DNA of 64,000 bases from an uncultured Chloroflexia bacterium. Its GTDB lineage: Bacteria; Chloroflexota; Ktedonobacteria; Ktedonobacterales; Ktedonobacteraceae. The notes beneath the pieces were generated by a model. It was not told the DNA's origin and ran no database searches. It saw only the letters and a list, made by a program, of their open reading frames with translations. The translations under genes were made by a program, and so were the position numbers. Each line of letters opens with the position of its first letter. Position 1 is the stretch's first letter. Shown here piece by piece: positions 10,784 to 22,459 of the stretch. The stretch covers positions 1 to 64,000 of the forward strand of contig CAVZQK010000020.1 of NCBI GenBank assembly GCA_963777355.1, in the 5' to 3' direction.

Positions 10784-10829
10784 TGCATATTCGCGCAAAG
10801 TCAATGCGCGAATATGCAATATATTGCAC
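10784..10829. promoter_or_regulatory. perfect 15-bp-arm palindrome TTGCATATTCGCGCA-N7-TGCGCGAATATGCAA plus adjacent TGCAATAT/ATATTGCA palindrome in the divergent galE/isochorismatase promoter region
   Basis: read directly from sequence; location between two divergent starts suggests operator. Confidence 0.5.
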
Positions 10830-10942
10830 GAATAATTTAAGGGCAGATTCCAGGTAATATGCGATATTTTTTCAATCACTTCAACCTGGCTAGCTAAAAG
10901 TAAGATATACTCTTCTTGAGAACTTTTTCAAGGAGAAACAAG

Positions 10943-11527
10943 ATGCCACTATCCATTGCCAACGCCACATTGCTCATCATTGATGTCCAGCAGGGATTCG
11001 ATGATCCATTCTGGGGGAGACGCAACAATCCCCAGGCCGAAACCAATATTGCCCGTTTACTTGCGATCTGGCGAGACCTGCACTGGCCTATTATCCATGT
11101 CCAGCATCTCTCGCGCCTTCCCAATTCCCCACTCTCTCCCAATAACAAAACAGGCTCTGACTTCAAAGAGGTCGTCCGCCCACTCCCCGGAGAAACCATT
11201 ATTACAAAACACGTAAATAGCGCCTTTATTGATACACCCCTGGAAGCACTTCTTCACGAGCAGCAGGCAACAACGCTGGTTATCGTCGGCTTGACCACAA
11301 ACCACTGCGTGGAAACGACGACGCGTATGGCTGGCAACCTGGGATTTACCGTCTATCTGGTCGCCGATGCAACTGCGACCTTTGATCGCGTGGGACCTGA
11401 CGGTATCCTGTATCGTGCAGAAGAGATTCAAGCAATCAGTCTGGCTAGCCTGCACGACGAATTTGCCCAGGTTGTCTCCACAGAAACGCTTCTCAATGCC
11501 GCTGACTACACGTTGCCTCATGTCTGA
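10943..11527 (+). CDS. isochorismatase-family cysteine hydrolase
   Basis: 'LLIIDVQQGF' N-terminal motif, 'LVIVGLTTNHCVETTTR' catalytic Cys region. Confidence 0.75.
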   Translation: MPLSIANATLLIIDVQQGFDDPFWGRRNNPQAETNIARLLAIWRDLHWPIIHVQHLSRLPNSPLSPNNKTGSDFKEVVRPLPGETIITKHVNSAFIDTPLEALLHEQQATTLVIVGLTTNHCVETTTRMAGNLGFTVYLVADATATFDRVGPDGILYRAEEIQAISLASLHDEFAQVVSTETLLNAADYTLPHV

Positions 11528-13398
11528 GGCAGATAGCCGGCAGGGAGATAAATTGCATATCCATCTCTCAACAGACGTAGATAATGCAGAGTATGTTGTT
11601 CGTTGTATTGCAAGAACGTCTCATCCTGGCTAGAGTGCAAAGGAAATACATAGAATGGTTGCGAGGCATGAGACACGGCGTCGGCATAGGGTTGATAGCG
11701 ATTTAAGCCAGGCTCAAGATGGCTTTGCAAAACACCGCACTTGATCTCTTCGAGACTCTGAAACGCGAGACGATCACAGGTCGAATAGTCGGTATACAGA
11801 TAGCGAGCATTCATCTCACGCAGATCAATCAGCAGCGCAAATTGCTGCACATTCTGCGCTTCTGTAGAGCGAAATTGCTGAAAGATATTCAAGGTTCCGA
11901 TGAGAAACGTTACCGCTATTACTAGCAGCAACAAGTAGCTTGCGCCAGCCCTCAGTAGAGCCTGCCATTTAAGAGGTGAAACCAGACTGGTCTTCTCCCA
12001 AAGAAAAGCCAGAAGCGCTGGATAGACAATGAGCAGGCCAATCAGGTAGCGGGAAGAGGTCCAGGGCGAGAGCTCAGCCGGAGGGAAAAGGGTGTAGAAA
12101 AACCAGGTAAGAGCGGCACTGAACAATACAGCCAGTCTGGCAACCTGGCGAATCGTTGCCTGGCGCGCTGAAAGAGGCTGAGCGGGGGCGGGAGCACGAT
12201 ACCACAATCTAGCAGAGACCTGAAGCGCAAAAGGTTTTGTGGATTCTTCCCAGCGTTTCCAGTAGAGCTGATAGGCCGCTACTAGCGCCGTTAGCAACAG
12301 CGTCAGATAGCCCAGTCCCCAGACGCCATGTATCAGAGTACAGCGCAAGGTCGGTTCATCCATCTGTTCCAATGGCAGGTTTGCATTCTGCTCTGGAACG
12401 GCACAGAGAACACTTCCACCTGTTATCACAGGTATACTCACCATAATTGAGCCAGCAAGCTGTCCAAGCAGACTTGCCTGGCGCACCGGCTCAGCCTCAC
12501 CTGCACTCATCATAGCGGTACTTCCTGGCCCGGCCACATCTCCTTTTGGTTGGGCAGAAACAGCACTGCCAAAGATCGAGGCCGGCGGTGGCTGAACCTC
12601 TGTAGCTTTATAGATGATCTGGGGAGCAAGACCGAGCAGAAAGCCAAAGACGAGCAGGGCAATCACCGACATACGTAGCTCACTGCGGCAAAAAATGAAC
12701 AGCAGCAAAGCCGTTGTGAGCACAAAGGGCAGAATCAGGGGATTGCTCCAGATGGCCAGACCGGCAACCAGACTCCAGGCAAGATAGACCAGGGAACGTC
12801 GCAGGCGTATATGCAGGAGGTGTGGTCCCTGACGAGACGTGAGAGCGAGCCAGGAGGCCAGCACAAGCAGAAGTGAGCCAAAAAAAACAATCTCCCCGTA
12901 GCCAGCATTTGCCGTCAACTCGTGCAAAAGCAACTCCGGAGAGCCCAGACTCAAGATACAGAGCGCTAGCAGCGCAGCTTTCTGCGAATATAAGAGACTG
13001 ATCAGTAGATAAGTAGAAAGCAGGAACAGGGCAAAGAGCAGAACCATACCCAGACGTAGGGCAAAAACGCCGGGACCAAAGACAGTAAACGAAAGCGCGG
13101 CAAGATAGGCTTCAATCGTACCCATATAGTCTTGCCCATAAAAGACCAGGGGATGTGCACCATTTTTTAGAATATGCAGGGCCATCAGGCCCATCGTCGC
13201 TTCGTCACTATCAAGCGCAGGCCAACCTTTTTGCACGATCAGAAGTCGCAGTAGCGAGGCCAGCAAGATAACAACAAACGCGGCAAACCCATAGATACGA
13301 AAATGGCAACGTATTAATAGAGCTTTAAGATAGATACTCAGACGAGATTTCCCCGCCAGTGACCGCTCAGGTACTGGCTTCAAACGTTGTGTATCCAA
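11518..13398 (-). CDS. GT39/GT83-like membrane glycosyltransferase (ArnT/PMT_2-type, dolichyl-phosphate-mannose mannosyltransferase-like)
   Basis: 626 aa polytopic membrane protein; N-terminal 'LDSDEATMGLMALHILKNGAHPLVFYGQDYMGTIEAYL' matches the ArnT/PMT DE-motif loop. Confidence 0.55.
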   Translation of the reverse strand: MDTQRLKPVPERSLAGKSRLSIYLKALLIRCHFRIYGFAAFVVILLASLLRLLIVQKGWPALDSDEATMGLMALHILKNGAHPLVFYGQDYMGTIEAYLAALSFTVFGPGVFALRLGMVLLFALFLLSTYLLISLLYSQKAALLALCILSLGSPELLLHELTANAGYGEIVFFGSLLLVLASWLALTSRQGPHLLHIRLRRSLVYLAWSLVAGLAIWSNPLILPFVLTTALLLFIFCRSELRMSVIALLVFGFLLGLAPQIIYKATEVQPPPASIFGSAVSAQPKGDVAGPGSTAMMSAGEAEPVRQASLLGQLAGSIMVSIPVITGGSVLCAVPEQNANLPLEQMDEPTLRCTLIHGVWGLGYLTLLLTALVAAYQLYWKRWEESTKPFALQVSARLWYRAPAPAQPLSARQATIRQVARLAVLFSAALTWFFYTLFPPAELSPWTSSRYLIGLLIVYPALLAFLWEKTSLVSPLKWQALLRAGASYLLLLVIAVTFLIGTLNIFQQFRSTEAQNVQQFALLIDLREMNARYLYTDYSTCDRLAFQSLEEIKCGVLQSHLEPGLNRYQPYADAVSHASQPFYVFPLHSSQDETFLQYNEQHTLHYLRLLRDGYAIYLPAGYLPQT

Positions 13399-13526
13399 GC
13401 GATGCTCCCCTATATCGTTCTCGCAAACATGCAGCGCAAAGCAGTAATAAAGTATATGTGTCTCTATACAACGATGAGCCTGGAGAAGTCAAGTCATATT
13501 TTTCGATATAGTAAGCTTGCCACTAG

Positions 13527-16007
13527 TTACGCCGGTGTCTTATTCGATTTACCAAGATCTCGCTCTACATGGAGCACATCTTTTACACGTTCCAGGCGGG
13601 TAAAAAGTCGCTGGATCTGCTCAAGATCATATACCTCCACGGTTGTTGTCACCATTACCTGCTCACGACCATTGTGAGAATGTGAATTCACTGAGACCAG
13701 ATTAATATTACAGTCTGAGATGACAGTGGCAAGATCGCGAATCAGGCCGGGACGATCCTGTGCGGTAATGACTATAGGAGCAAGGTAGCGCGGCTGACTC
13801 ATGCCTACCCAGTTCACATGAATTAAACGTTCGCGGTCCCGCTCACGAAAACGAGCAATGTTCCGACAGTCCGAGCGATGGACGATCACACCTTTGCCGC
13901 GACTGATAAAACCGACGATCTCATCGCCCGGCAGGGGACAACAACAATTCGCCAGATGGGTCAAGAGTCCACTTACTCCTGCTACTTCCAAATCTGCCGA
14001 TATTGCCTGCTTGAGAGCTGGTGAAGGATGGACTATTTCGGTCTCTTCTTTGCTCTCTTTATGCTCTTTCGGACCTTCGCGCTGCTGCCAGTATTCAAAC
14101 AACTTGACAACTACAGCACGCGGACGCAGGTCGTCGGACCCGATGGCCGCCAGAATATCGGCGAGGTCATCCAGATGATATTCATGGCACAACCAGTTAG
14201 CGGCATCCTCGCTAATGTTCTCGGTGCTATTGCGTGAACCGGCATTCTTCAGCTCACGCTCCAGCCGCTCACGGCCAATCTGCACGTTAATATAGCGCTC
14301 GTGCATCTTCAGATAGCGGCGAATCTTGCTCTTTGCTGCCGCCGTGCGCGTAAAGCTGAGCCAGTCGCGGGTGGGATGGGCGGTACGACTCGTGACGATA
14401 TCAACTACTTCGCCATTTTTCAGCTCGTAGTCCAGAGGAACCATACGCGTGACCAGGCGATCTCCATCGCCACTTCCTACCTGGGAAATAATACGTGCGC
14501 CGGCACAGGCATCCCCAATCTTCGTATGGACGCGGTAGGCAAAATCAACCGGCGTGGAGCCTACGGGGAGATCCTTTACCTCGCCTTTCGGCGTGAAAAC
14601 AAAGATCTGCTCTTGAAAGAGATCATCTCTTACGACCTCAATAAATTCTGTCTCGCTATTGGTCGAGCGCAGCTCACGCTGCCATTCGGTCATCTGGCGC
14701 AACCAGGTAAGCAGCTCTTTGGCAGAGGCAGAGGCGGTATCCCCAACGTCTTTATAGTGCCAGTGCATCGCTACCCCATATTCGGCCAGTTCGTGCATTG
14801 CATGGGTGCGAATCTGTACCTCTACCAGTTGATTGTCCATGCAGAAGATCGTTGTATGGAGCGCCTGATAGCCGTTTGGCTTGGGATTGGCGATGAAATC
14901 TTTGATGCGGCCATCCTTTGGTCGCCAGAGACTATGCACATGACCGAGCGCAATATAACAATCGGAGGTCGTATCAACCAGGATGCGAAAGGCAATTAAA
15001 TCGTGAATCTGACTGATATCTGCGGCGGCTTTTAGCTCTTCAATTGTCGCAAATTCGCCGGTGGTACGCAGAATCTTCTTATAAAAACTATAGAGATGCT
15101 TGACCCGGCCAGAGATCTCCGCTTGCACATCTACCTGGGACATCTCCTGGCGCAGAATACCACAGACGCGCTCGACATAAGAGCGCCATTGCTTCCGCTC
15201 CAACTCGACAATCTCACGCACCCAGGCAAAGCTCTCCGGCTCCAGAATCTGAAATGCCAGATCATCCAGCTCGGATTCCACACGCGACATCCCCAGGCGA
15301 CCAGCCAACGGCGCATAGATCTCACGCGTCTCCAGGGCCATTGTCACCATCTCTTGCTGATCACCCTGATACTGGGGAGCACACATCATACGCACAGCAT
15401 GTAAACGATAGGCCAGCTTGAGCAGCACCACACGCGGATCTTCCGCCATCGCCACAAACATCTTCCGCACCGTCTCAGCCTGCTGGCGGCGCATCGCCTC
15501 CCGAATCCGTGGCTTTTTACTCTCGGCAGCGGAGCCACTCACCTCATCTCGCTCGTCACTGGACTTTTTTATCGCCGTCGTCTGCGAACCCTGAATAGCA
15601 AGTAAGGCTCCATCCGTAATACTCTGTTTTTTGCGCTCTAGAATATTCAGACGCCACATACTACCGACAACACGAGCCGTAGCAGCGCCAAGCACCTGCT
15701 CTACGACCTCTAACGCTAGCAATTCGGCATCTACCGCCTCAAAAACGAGTCCAGCGGCAATACCTATGGCATCAACATGCATCGTCTCGGCGAGAATAAT
15801 AGTGACCGCTAATGCATGATCCAGAGGGGGAAGAAGACGCTGGCCAGGCACGCCATGACACGTCTCTTGAGCCAGGCGATACGCGCGAATGACCTGGTTT
15901 ATCTCACTCTCATCCATGTATTCACGAATCAGAGTAAGAAGACTCTCCATCGCGCCTCCATATTCCTGTGGTACAGTCTGTTGTTCAACAAGCCTATCAT
16001 CAATCAT
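13527..16007 (-). CDS. long RelA/SpoT-homolog (p)ppGpp synthetase with degenerate HD hydrolase motif (HD->FE)
   Basis: HD-domain region 'LVFEAVDAE' instead of 'LLHDVVEDT'; intact synthetase motifs 'RPKDGRIKDF' and 'GYQALHT'; TGS and ACT regions present. Confidence 0.85.
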   Translation of the reverse strand: MIDDRLVEQQTVPQEYGGAMESLLTLIREYMDESEINQVIRAYRLAQETCHGVPGQRLLPPLDHALAVTIILAETMHVDAIGIAAGLVFEAVDAELLALEVVEQVLGAATARVVGSMWRLNILERKKQSITDGALLAIQGSQTTAIKKSSDERDEVSGSAAESKKPRIREAMRRQQAETVRKMFVAMAEDPRVVLLKLAYRLHAVRMMCAPQYQGDQQEMVTMALETREIYAPLAGRLGMSRVESELDDLAFQILEPESFAWVREIVELERKQWRSYVERVCGILRQEMSQVDVQAEISGRVKHLYSFYKKILRTTGEFATIEELKAAADISQIHDLIAFRILVDTTSDCYIALGHVHSLWRPKDGRIKDFIANPKPNGYQALHTTIFCMDNQLVEVQIRTHAMHELAEYGVAMHWHYKDVGDTASASAKELLTWLRQMTEWQRELRSTNSETEFIEVVRDDLFQEQIFVFTPKGEVKDLPVGSTPVDFAYRVHTKIGDACAGARIISQVGSGDGDRLVTRMVPLDYELKNGEVVDIVTSRTAHPTRDWLSFTRTAAAKSKIRRYLKMHERYINVQIGRERLERELKNAGSRNSTENISEDAANWLCHEYHLDDLADILAAIGSDDLRPRAVVVKLFEYWQQREGPKEHKESKEETEIVHPSPALKQAISADLEVAGVSGLLTHLANCCCPLPGDEIVGFISRGKGVIVHRSDCRNIARFRERDRERLIHVNWVGMSQPRYLAPIVITAQDRPGLIRDLATVISDCNINLVSVNSHSHNGREQVMVTTTVEVYDLEQIQRLFTRLERVKDVLHVERDLGKSNKTPA

Positions 16008-16453
16008 AGCATATATCGTTTATGGATATCTGGTCTATCCGGAAAGGAACTATCCAGTATGTGCGTTCCTTGACTAGAACGTGTCTTTAAGACCGCTCTC
16101 TGCATAAACGTTGCGTAAATGTTGTATAAACGCTCCACTCTTTCAGACACGCCCTAATATACGTTTTAAATTCTCTTTATTGAAACAACACTGGCAATGC
16201 TCGCTCATCCCGTCTCTCTACAGAGTATAACGTTTCTTTGCGATGTGCGAGTAAGCAGGACTAACAGAGTGCTTTCCTGTTTGCTTGATGAGCTACAAAG
16301 ACGTCCCACATGAACCTATAAAAAAACAGATTGTATTTATCTCTAACTCTAATATCGCATAAAATAGCCATAACAACACTGTTTTTATGCGCAAATTTTT
16401 GCGATGGCTTGAATTCTCCCTGGTGGAGGTACTTCTTTGTACCAGTTCCCCAA

Positions 16454-18928
16454 TTACTTTGTGAGGGCCCGTTCTACACTTACCACATGCTTCACCTGTT
16501 TCAGGCGACGGAGAAGACGCTCAAGCTGATCCAGCACGCTATCGTGGCTATCAATCTCTAGCGTTGCAGTGATGACTGCCTTTTGCAGCGATGTATTTGT
16601 TGTAGAGGTAACCGAGGTCATGTTAATGCCCGCGTCCGCGACTATCGCGGCTATGTCCCGCAACAGGCCAGAGCGATCATGGGCAACAATGTTGATTGGA
16701 ATCAGATATGACTCAGGATCAATCTGTCGCCAATGCATCTCTACCAGCGCGTTCGGTACATCGCGGTAACGCCGCAGGTTGCGGCAATCGTTCCGATGAA
16801 CCAGCATCCCTTTGCCAGGATGAATCAAGCCAGTAATTGTATCACCAGGGATAGGACAACAACATTGAGCCAGCTTGACATGGAGAGGACTGGCTGCGGC
16901 TTCCTCCTCAGGCTGTTCGTCCAGATCCATAACGTCAGCAGGCCCAGCAGGCAAGGCCGTTTGAGCGCTCACGGCTGGAAGCACATACGGCAATAAGCAC
17001 TCCAGCACGCGCTCAACGGGAAGATCTTCTCTGCCAATCGCAACATAGATATCCTCAAGCGTGGCATAGTTCTTGAGAGGAGTCTCGACATCTGAAAGGC
17101 GTAACTTCAAAATCTCTTCTTCAACGGAAGGAGATATGCCACTGACCACTCCAGAGGTCTTTAAGACCAGATCGAGACGCTCACGGCCAAGCTGAAGATT
17201 AATCTCGCGCTCATACGTTTTCAGGTAGCGCCGAATCTTATTGCGGGCCGCCGCCGTGCGCGTAAAACTTAACCAGTCGCGCGTAGGATGGACCGTCCGA
17301 TTCACCACAATATCGACGATCTCGCCACCCTTTAGTTCGTAATCCAGAGGCACCAGGCGTGTGACCAGGCGTCCACTATCATCCATGTTGGTGATGATGC
17401 GTGCCCCTGCACAATGGTCGCCGATATCGGTATGAATGCGATAGGCCATATCCAATGGAGTAGAGCCGCGTGGCAGATCTTTTACCTCCCCTTTAGGGGT
17501 AAAGACAAAAATCTGCTCTTGAAAGATATCGCCCTTGACCGCCTCTACAAACTCATCGGCTCCCTGGGGCAGTTCCCGCTGCCACTCGCGCAACTGCTCG
17601 ATCCAGGTCACCATTTCATGATAAGAGAGACGCCAGCTACTGGGCATACCCTCATTTTGCGCATCTGAGAGCTTCTCCGCCTGGCCCATGCGATCCTTTA
17701 GATACCAATAACTTGCAATTCCGTAGTCGGCGGTGCGCTGCATATCATAGGTGCGGATCTGAATCTCTGCCAGCCTGTTCTCCAGACAGAAGACGGTAGT
17801 ATGGAGAGACTGGTAGCCATTCAGTTTGGGAGTCGCGATAAAATCCTTGATGCGCCCATCCTTTGGACGCCATAAAGCGTGGATATGGCCAAGCGCAAGA
17901 TAGCATTCGTCATCAGAATCTACCAGAATACGAAAAGAGACCAGATCATGAATCTGACTCAGCTCGTCGCTGTTCTGCTCTTCTATTTTACGGTTAATAC
18001 TCGCCAGATGCTTCTGCCAGGCGACTACCTGGGCATGGATGCCGGCACGTTCCATCTCTTTGCGCAAGGCCCGGCAGACCTTTTCGATATATCCCTGACG
18101 GCGCTTCACTTCTTCTTCAACAGTACGGGCCAGGCGGGTAAATTTTTCTGGTTCAAGATAGCGCAGGGCCAGATCCTCAAGATCCGCCTGCACATTTGCC
18201 ATGCCCAGGCGGCGGGCCAGGGGAGCATAGATCTCGCTTGTCTCACGCGCCTTGTTCTGCTGTTGGGCAGAAGACATCGCGGAGAGGGTGCGCATATTAT
18301 GGAGCCGATCCGCCAGCTTTAAGACAACAACACGTGGATCTTCGGCCATTGCCAGCAGCATCTTACGCACTGTCTCCGTCAGAATGCGGCGCTTATCAAC
18401 AATAGAGGGGGGCGGTGAAATCTCAGCAGGCATCTCTTTATGTGCAATATCAGTAGGGGCGGGCTGAGGTCTTCCTGCCAGGGCATCGAATTTTGTGACA
18501 CCATCCACTATCGTCGCTACAGCAGCACCAAAAGCACTCTGAATATCCTCCAGAGAACAACTGGTATCCTCGACGACATCATGCAAAAGTGCGGAGACGA
18601 TCCCATCTGCATCAATACGCATATCTGCGAGGAGAAAGGCTACTTCGAGAGGATGTTGAATATAGGGCTCTCCTGAATTGCGCACAGCCCCCTGATGGGC
18701 TTTATTCGCCAGCTCATAGGCCCGACGAATCTTCTCCTGGTCGTCAGAGGTCAGGTACAGTCCCGTCTCTTGCAGTAGCTCTTTGAGCGTGAGCTTTGAA
18801 GGAGCCAGGGTTGCCCCTGAATAGGTACTTTCTGTACCTAATGATGCCTGAAACCTATTTGAGATATTATTGACGTTCATAGTCATAACACGTCCCTTGC
18901 GCTGCCTGGCATACCGTTTGTTCTGCAT
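16454..18928 (-). CDS. rel: bifunctional (p)ppGpp synthetase/hydrolase Rel/SpoT
   Basis: canonical 'HPLEVAFLLADMRIDADGIVSALLHDVVEDT' HD motif, 'RPKDGRIKDF', 'GYQSLHT', TGS and ACT domains; ~45-aa N-terminal extension so true start may be internal. Confidence 0.85.
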   Translation of the reverse strand: MQNKRYARQRKGRVMTMNVNNISNRFQASLGTESTYSGATLAPSKLTLKELLQETGLYLTSDDQEKIRRAYELANKAHQGAVRNSGEPYIQHPLEVAFLLADMRIDADGIVSALLHDVVEDTSCSLEDIQSAFGAAVATIVDGVTKFDALAGRPQPAPTDIAHKEMPAEISPPPSIVDKRRILTETVRKMLLAMAEDPRVVVLKLADRLHNMRTLSAMSSAQQQNKARETSEIYAPLARRLGMANVQADLEDLALRYLEPEKFTRLARTVEEEVKRRQGYIEKVCRALRKEMERAGIHAQVVAWQKHLASINRKIEEQNSDELSQIHDLVSFRILVDSDDECYLALGHIHALWRPKDGRIKDFIATPKLNGYQSLHTTVFCLENRLAEIQIRTYDMQRTADYGIASYWYLKDRMGQAEKLSDAQNEGMPSSWRLSYHEMVTWIEQLREWQRELPQGADEFVEAVKGDIFQEQIFVFTPKGEVKDLPRGSTPLDMAYRIHTDIGDHCAGARIITNMDDSGRLVTRLVPLDYELKGGEIVDIVVNRTVHPTRDWLSFTRTAAARNKIRRYLKTYEREINLQLGRERLDLVLKTSGVVSGISPSVEEEILKLRLSDVETPLKNYATLEDIYVAIGREDLPVERVLECLLPYVLPAVSAQTALPAGPADVMDLDEQPEEEAAASPLHVKLAQCCCPIPGDTITGLIHPGKGMLVHRNDCRNLRRYRDVPNALVEMHWRQIDPESYLIPINIVAHDRSGLLRDIAAIVADAGINMTSVTSTTNTSLQKAVITATLEIDSHDSVLDQLERLLRRLKQVKHVVSVERALTK

Positions 18929-19431
18929 TCCAGACCTTTCTCAAAATGCGTCCGGCAGCAAACAATGAAACAGAGTAACGGAACACCCTGCCCGACACAT
19001 CTAGATAAAGCAGCCCATACAATTAGAGACTGCCTTGAAACCCCCGAAATAAAAAAAATACCCCCCGGCATTCTTACCAGATAAGCTTTATGACAATTTT
19101 GAGTAAAAGGACATTCCTGCAAAACAAAGGTTACTTCTCTATTATAAGGTGCAACTCAGCGCTGTCAAGCAAAAATCAAAAATCTTTGGCTTTTGGATAC
19201 AGTCTTCCTTCTTTATTAATTTAGTATTGCCATAAATTGAGAAAAGATTGATTGGTTGGAGTCAGTGCGCTATGCTCTTTACTATAAGAACATCGGCACA
19301 TGGGGAGTTATTCCTGAGAGGAAACACGAACAAGGCAATGCCAAGAACATACCTTAGCTTTGCCTGTTATCATTTCACTATAGGGAGAAAACCACGAAAC
19401 TGTCGAAAGCTCATCCATGCGGAGGCTTTAT

Positions 19432-19746
19432 CTAATTGCGGGTGACCCGAACTTTATCATAGCAGGGACTGCAATAGACAGGGCGATCATTCTTAGGCAA
19501 GAATGGAACCTGTGTCTCAGTTCCGCACTCAGCACAAATAACCGTGTGCATCTCGCGCTCTCGCGGACGCTCACCACTGGTAGAACGGCCTCCACCGGCA
19601 GCAGCACGACGGGCGGCACGGCACGAGGAACAGCGGCTGGGCTGGTTCATCAGACCTTTTTGCTGGTAAAACTCTTGTTCTCCTGCGGTGAACACGAAGT
19701 CGTTTCCGCACTCACGGCATCTTAGGGTTTTGTCATCGAAGCTCAA
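19432..19746 (-). CDS. small double zinc-ribbon protein (two CxxC...CxxC units)
   Basis: 'CRECG...CSSC' and 'CAECG...CSPC'; AGGAGG RBS immediately upstream. Confidence 0.55.
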   Translation of the reverse strand: MSFDDKTLRCRECGNDFVFTAGEQEFYQQKGLMNQPSRCSSCRAARRAAAGGGRSTSGERPREREMHTVICAECGTETQVPFLPKNDRPVYCSPCYDKVRVTRN

Positions 19747-20265
19747 CTAGGGACCTCCTTATGATAGGGTGGTTATCCTCCGGGTCCATATCTTGCAGAT
19801 GTCACCAGTCGTTCTTTCCCCTACCAGCGTGGGATATGATAGCCTGGACGAGCACTGTATGCGAGACCGAGATTGGATACCGTTTGCAAGCATACACCAT
19901 CTTTTTCTGATTTGCAAGGGCTTTTGCGGGATTTACTGAGTAATAGCGATTATTTTTATGGATATTTTATATGGTGATTTTAGATGAGAAAAGTACTCAA
20001 AGATGCTGATTGTATCTCATCCCTAAATTCTTTTTTACATTGTCCATTTCTATTACACTCTTTATGCAGTTCCCATCACGCCTTCGTTGAAACCAACAAA
20101 CACGCCTTCGTTGAAACCAACAAAACGGCCTGGCTTGACGGTGGTGAGAAAATAAGCAGGAGAAAATTTTAGAATGTGTCTCAAGTTCGCTTGCTCTAAG
20201 CAATTTCTGTGCTCGCTCCAGACATATTCTGAGCGTTCGTTCTACATAATGCATCTGTTCAGTAA

Positions 20266-21459
<1,194 letters not shown>

Positions 21460-21498
21460 TTCTCTATCACTTTACGCTAACAGGCAAAAAGGAATTTC

Positions 21499-22325
21499 AT
21501 GGAGACAACACCCTATCGCTTTCTGACAACAGGCATACAGGATGCTGCAGTTAAATATGGCCATCGATGAGGCGATCCTGACGCATCATTTGCGCGACGA
21601 GGTCCCACCTACCTTGCGCGTCTTTCGCTGGTCCCAACCCGCTATCTCGCTGGGACGTTTCCAGAGCGTCGAACGCGAAATTGAGCAGGAGCTATGCACG
21701 CAGCAAGGCATCGCCCTGGTACAGGCGTCCAACTGGCGGCAGAGCCGTCTATCACCGCGATGAGTTCACCTATAGCATCGTCATCGGCAGACGCTATGGC
21801 ATACCTTCAGGCGTCGTAGCCGCTTATGCCTATCTCTCTCAAGGTATTCTGGCCGCCCTTCAGACGCTCGGTATACAAGCAGAGATCAGCGATGAACGTG
21901 TGAGCAAGCAGCCCTCAGCGGCCTGTTTTGCCTCCTCCACGCAGGCCGACCTGACGAGCGGCGGCTTCAAACTGGTTGGCAGCGCCCAGGTCTGGAAAGA
22001 TGATGCTCTTTTACAACAGGGCTCTCTGCCACTCGATGATCGCGCTGAAGAGTTTTTCGCCCTGCTGCGCTTTCCTTCCCCTGAAGCCCGACAAGAGGCG
22101 CTCAGACAGTATCGCGAGAAGACGACACCTCTCCATACCTTCTCTCCTGGCGCAAGCTGGGATGATGTGGCCTACGCTTTCCGTAGCGGATTTGCTCAGG
22201 CTTTCCAGCTGAATTTTGCACCCGGCGAACTCACCCCGTCAGAGTGGGATCTGGCCCGACAGCTTGTAGACGAAAAATATAGCAAGCTCAATTGGCGCAA
22301 AGAACGGATTTCTCTGCTAAAATAG
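21499..22325 (+). CDS. lipoate-protein ligase family protein (LplA/LipM-like BPL_LplA_LipB domain) with two frameshifts (~21551, ~21738)
   Basis: three frames give 'METTPYRFLTTGIQDAA', 'LNMAIDEAIL...GIALV', 'RRPTGGRAVYHRDE...FKLVGSAQ' (catalytic Lys motif). Confidence 0.7.
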
Positions 22326-22459
22326 GAGAGAAGAGATGGCTCTCTCTTCCTTGTCCATTCATACTATCTTGTGCAAAGGCTGTGCTATTATCCATTGCGT
22401 ACAAACAACAGGTGAGGTACAATGGGCCCGATGCATTGACCATCCGTTATATCAATACA

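Noticed and set aside
19984-20172. Small ORFs and a 23-bp tandem repeat (CACGCCTTCGTTGAAACCAACAAA x2) upstream of tgt
   Set aside because: AT-rich promoter region. The ORFs lack RBS or homology. The repeat is short (2 copies) and has no evident function.
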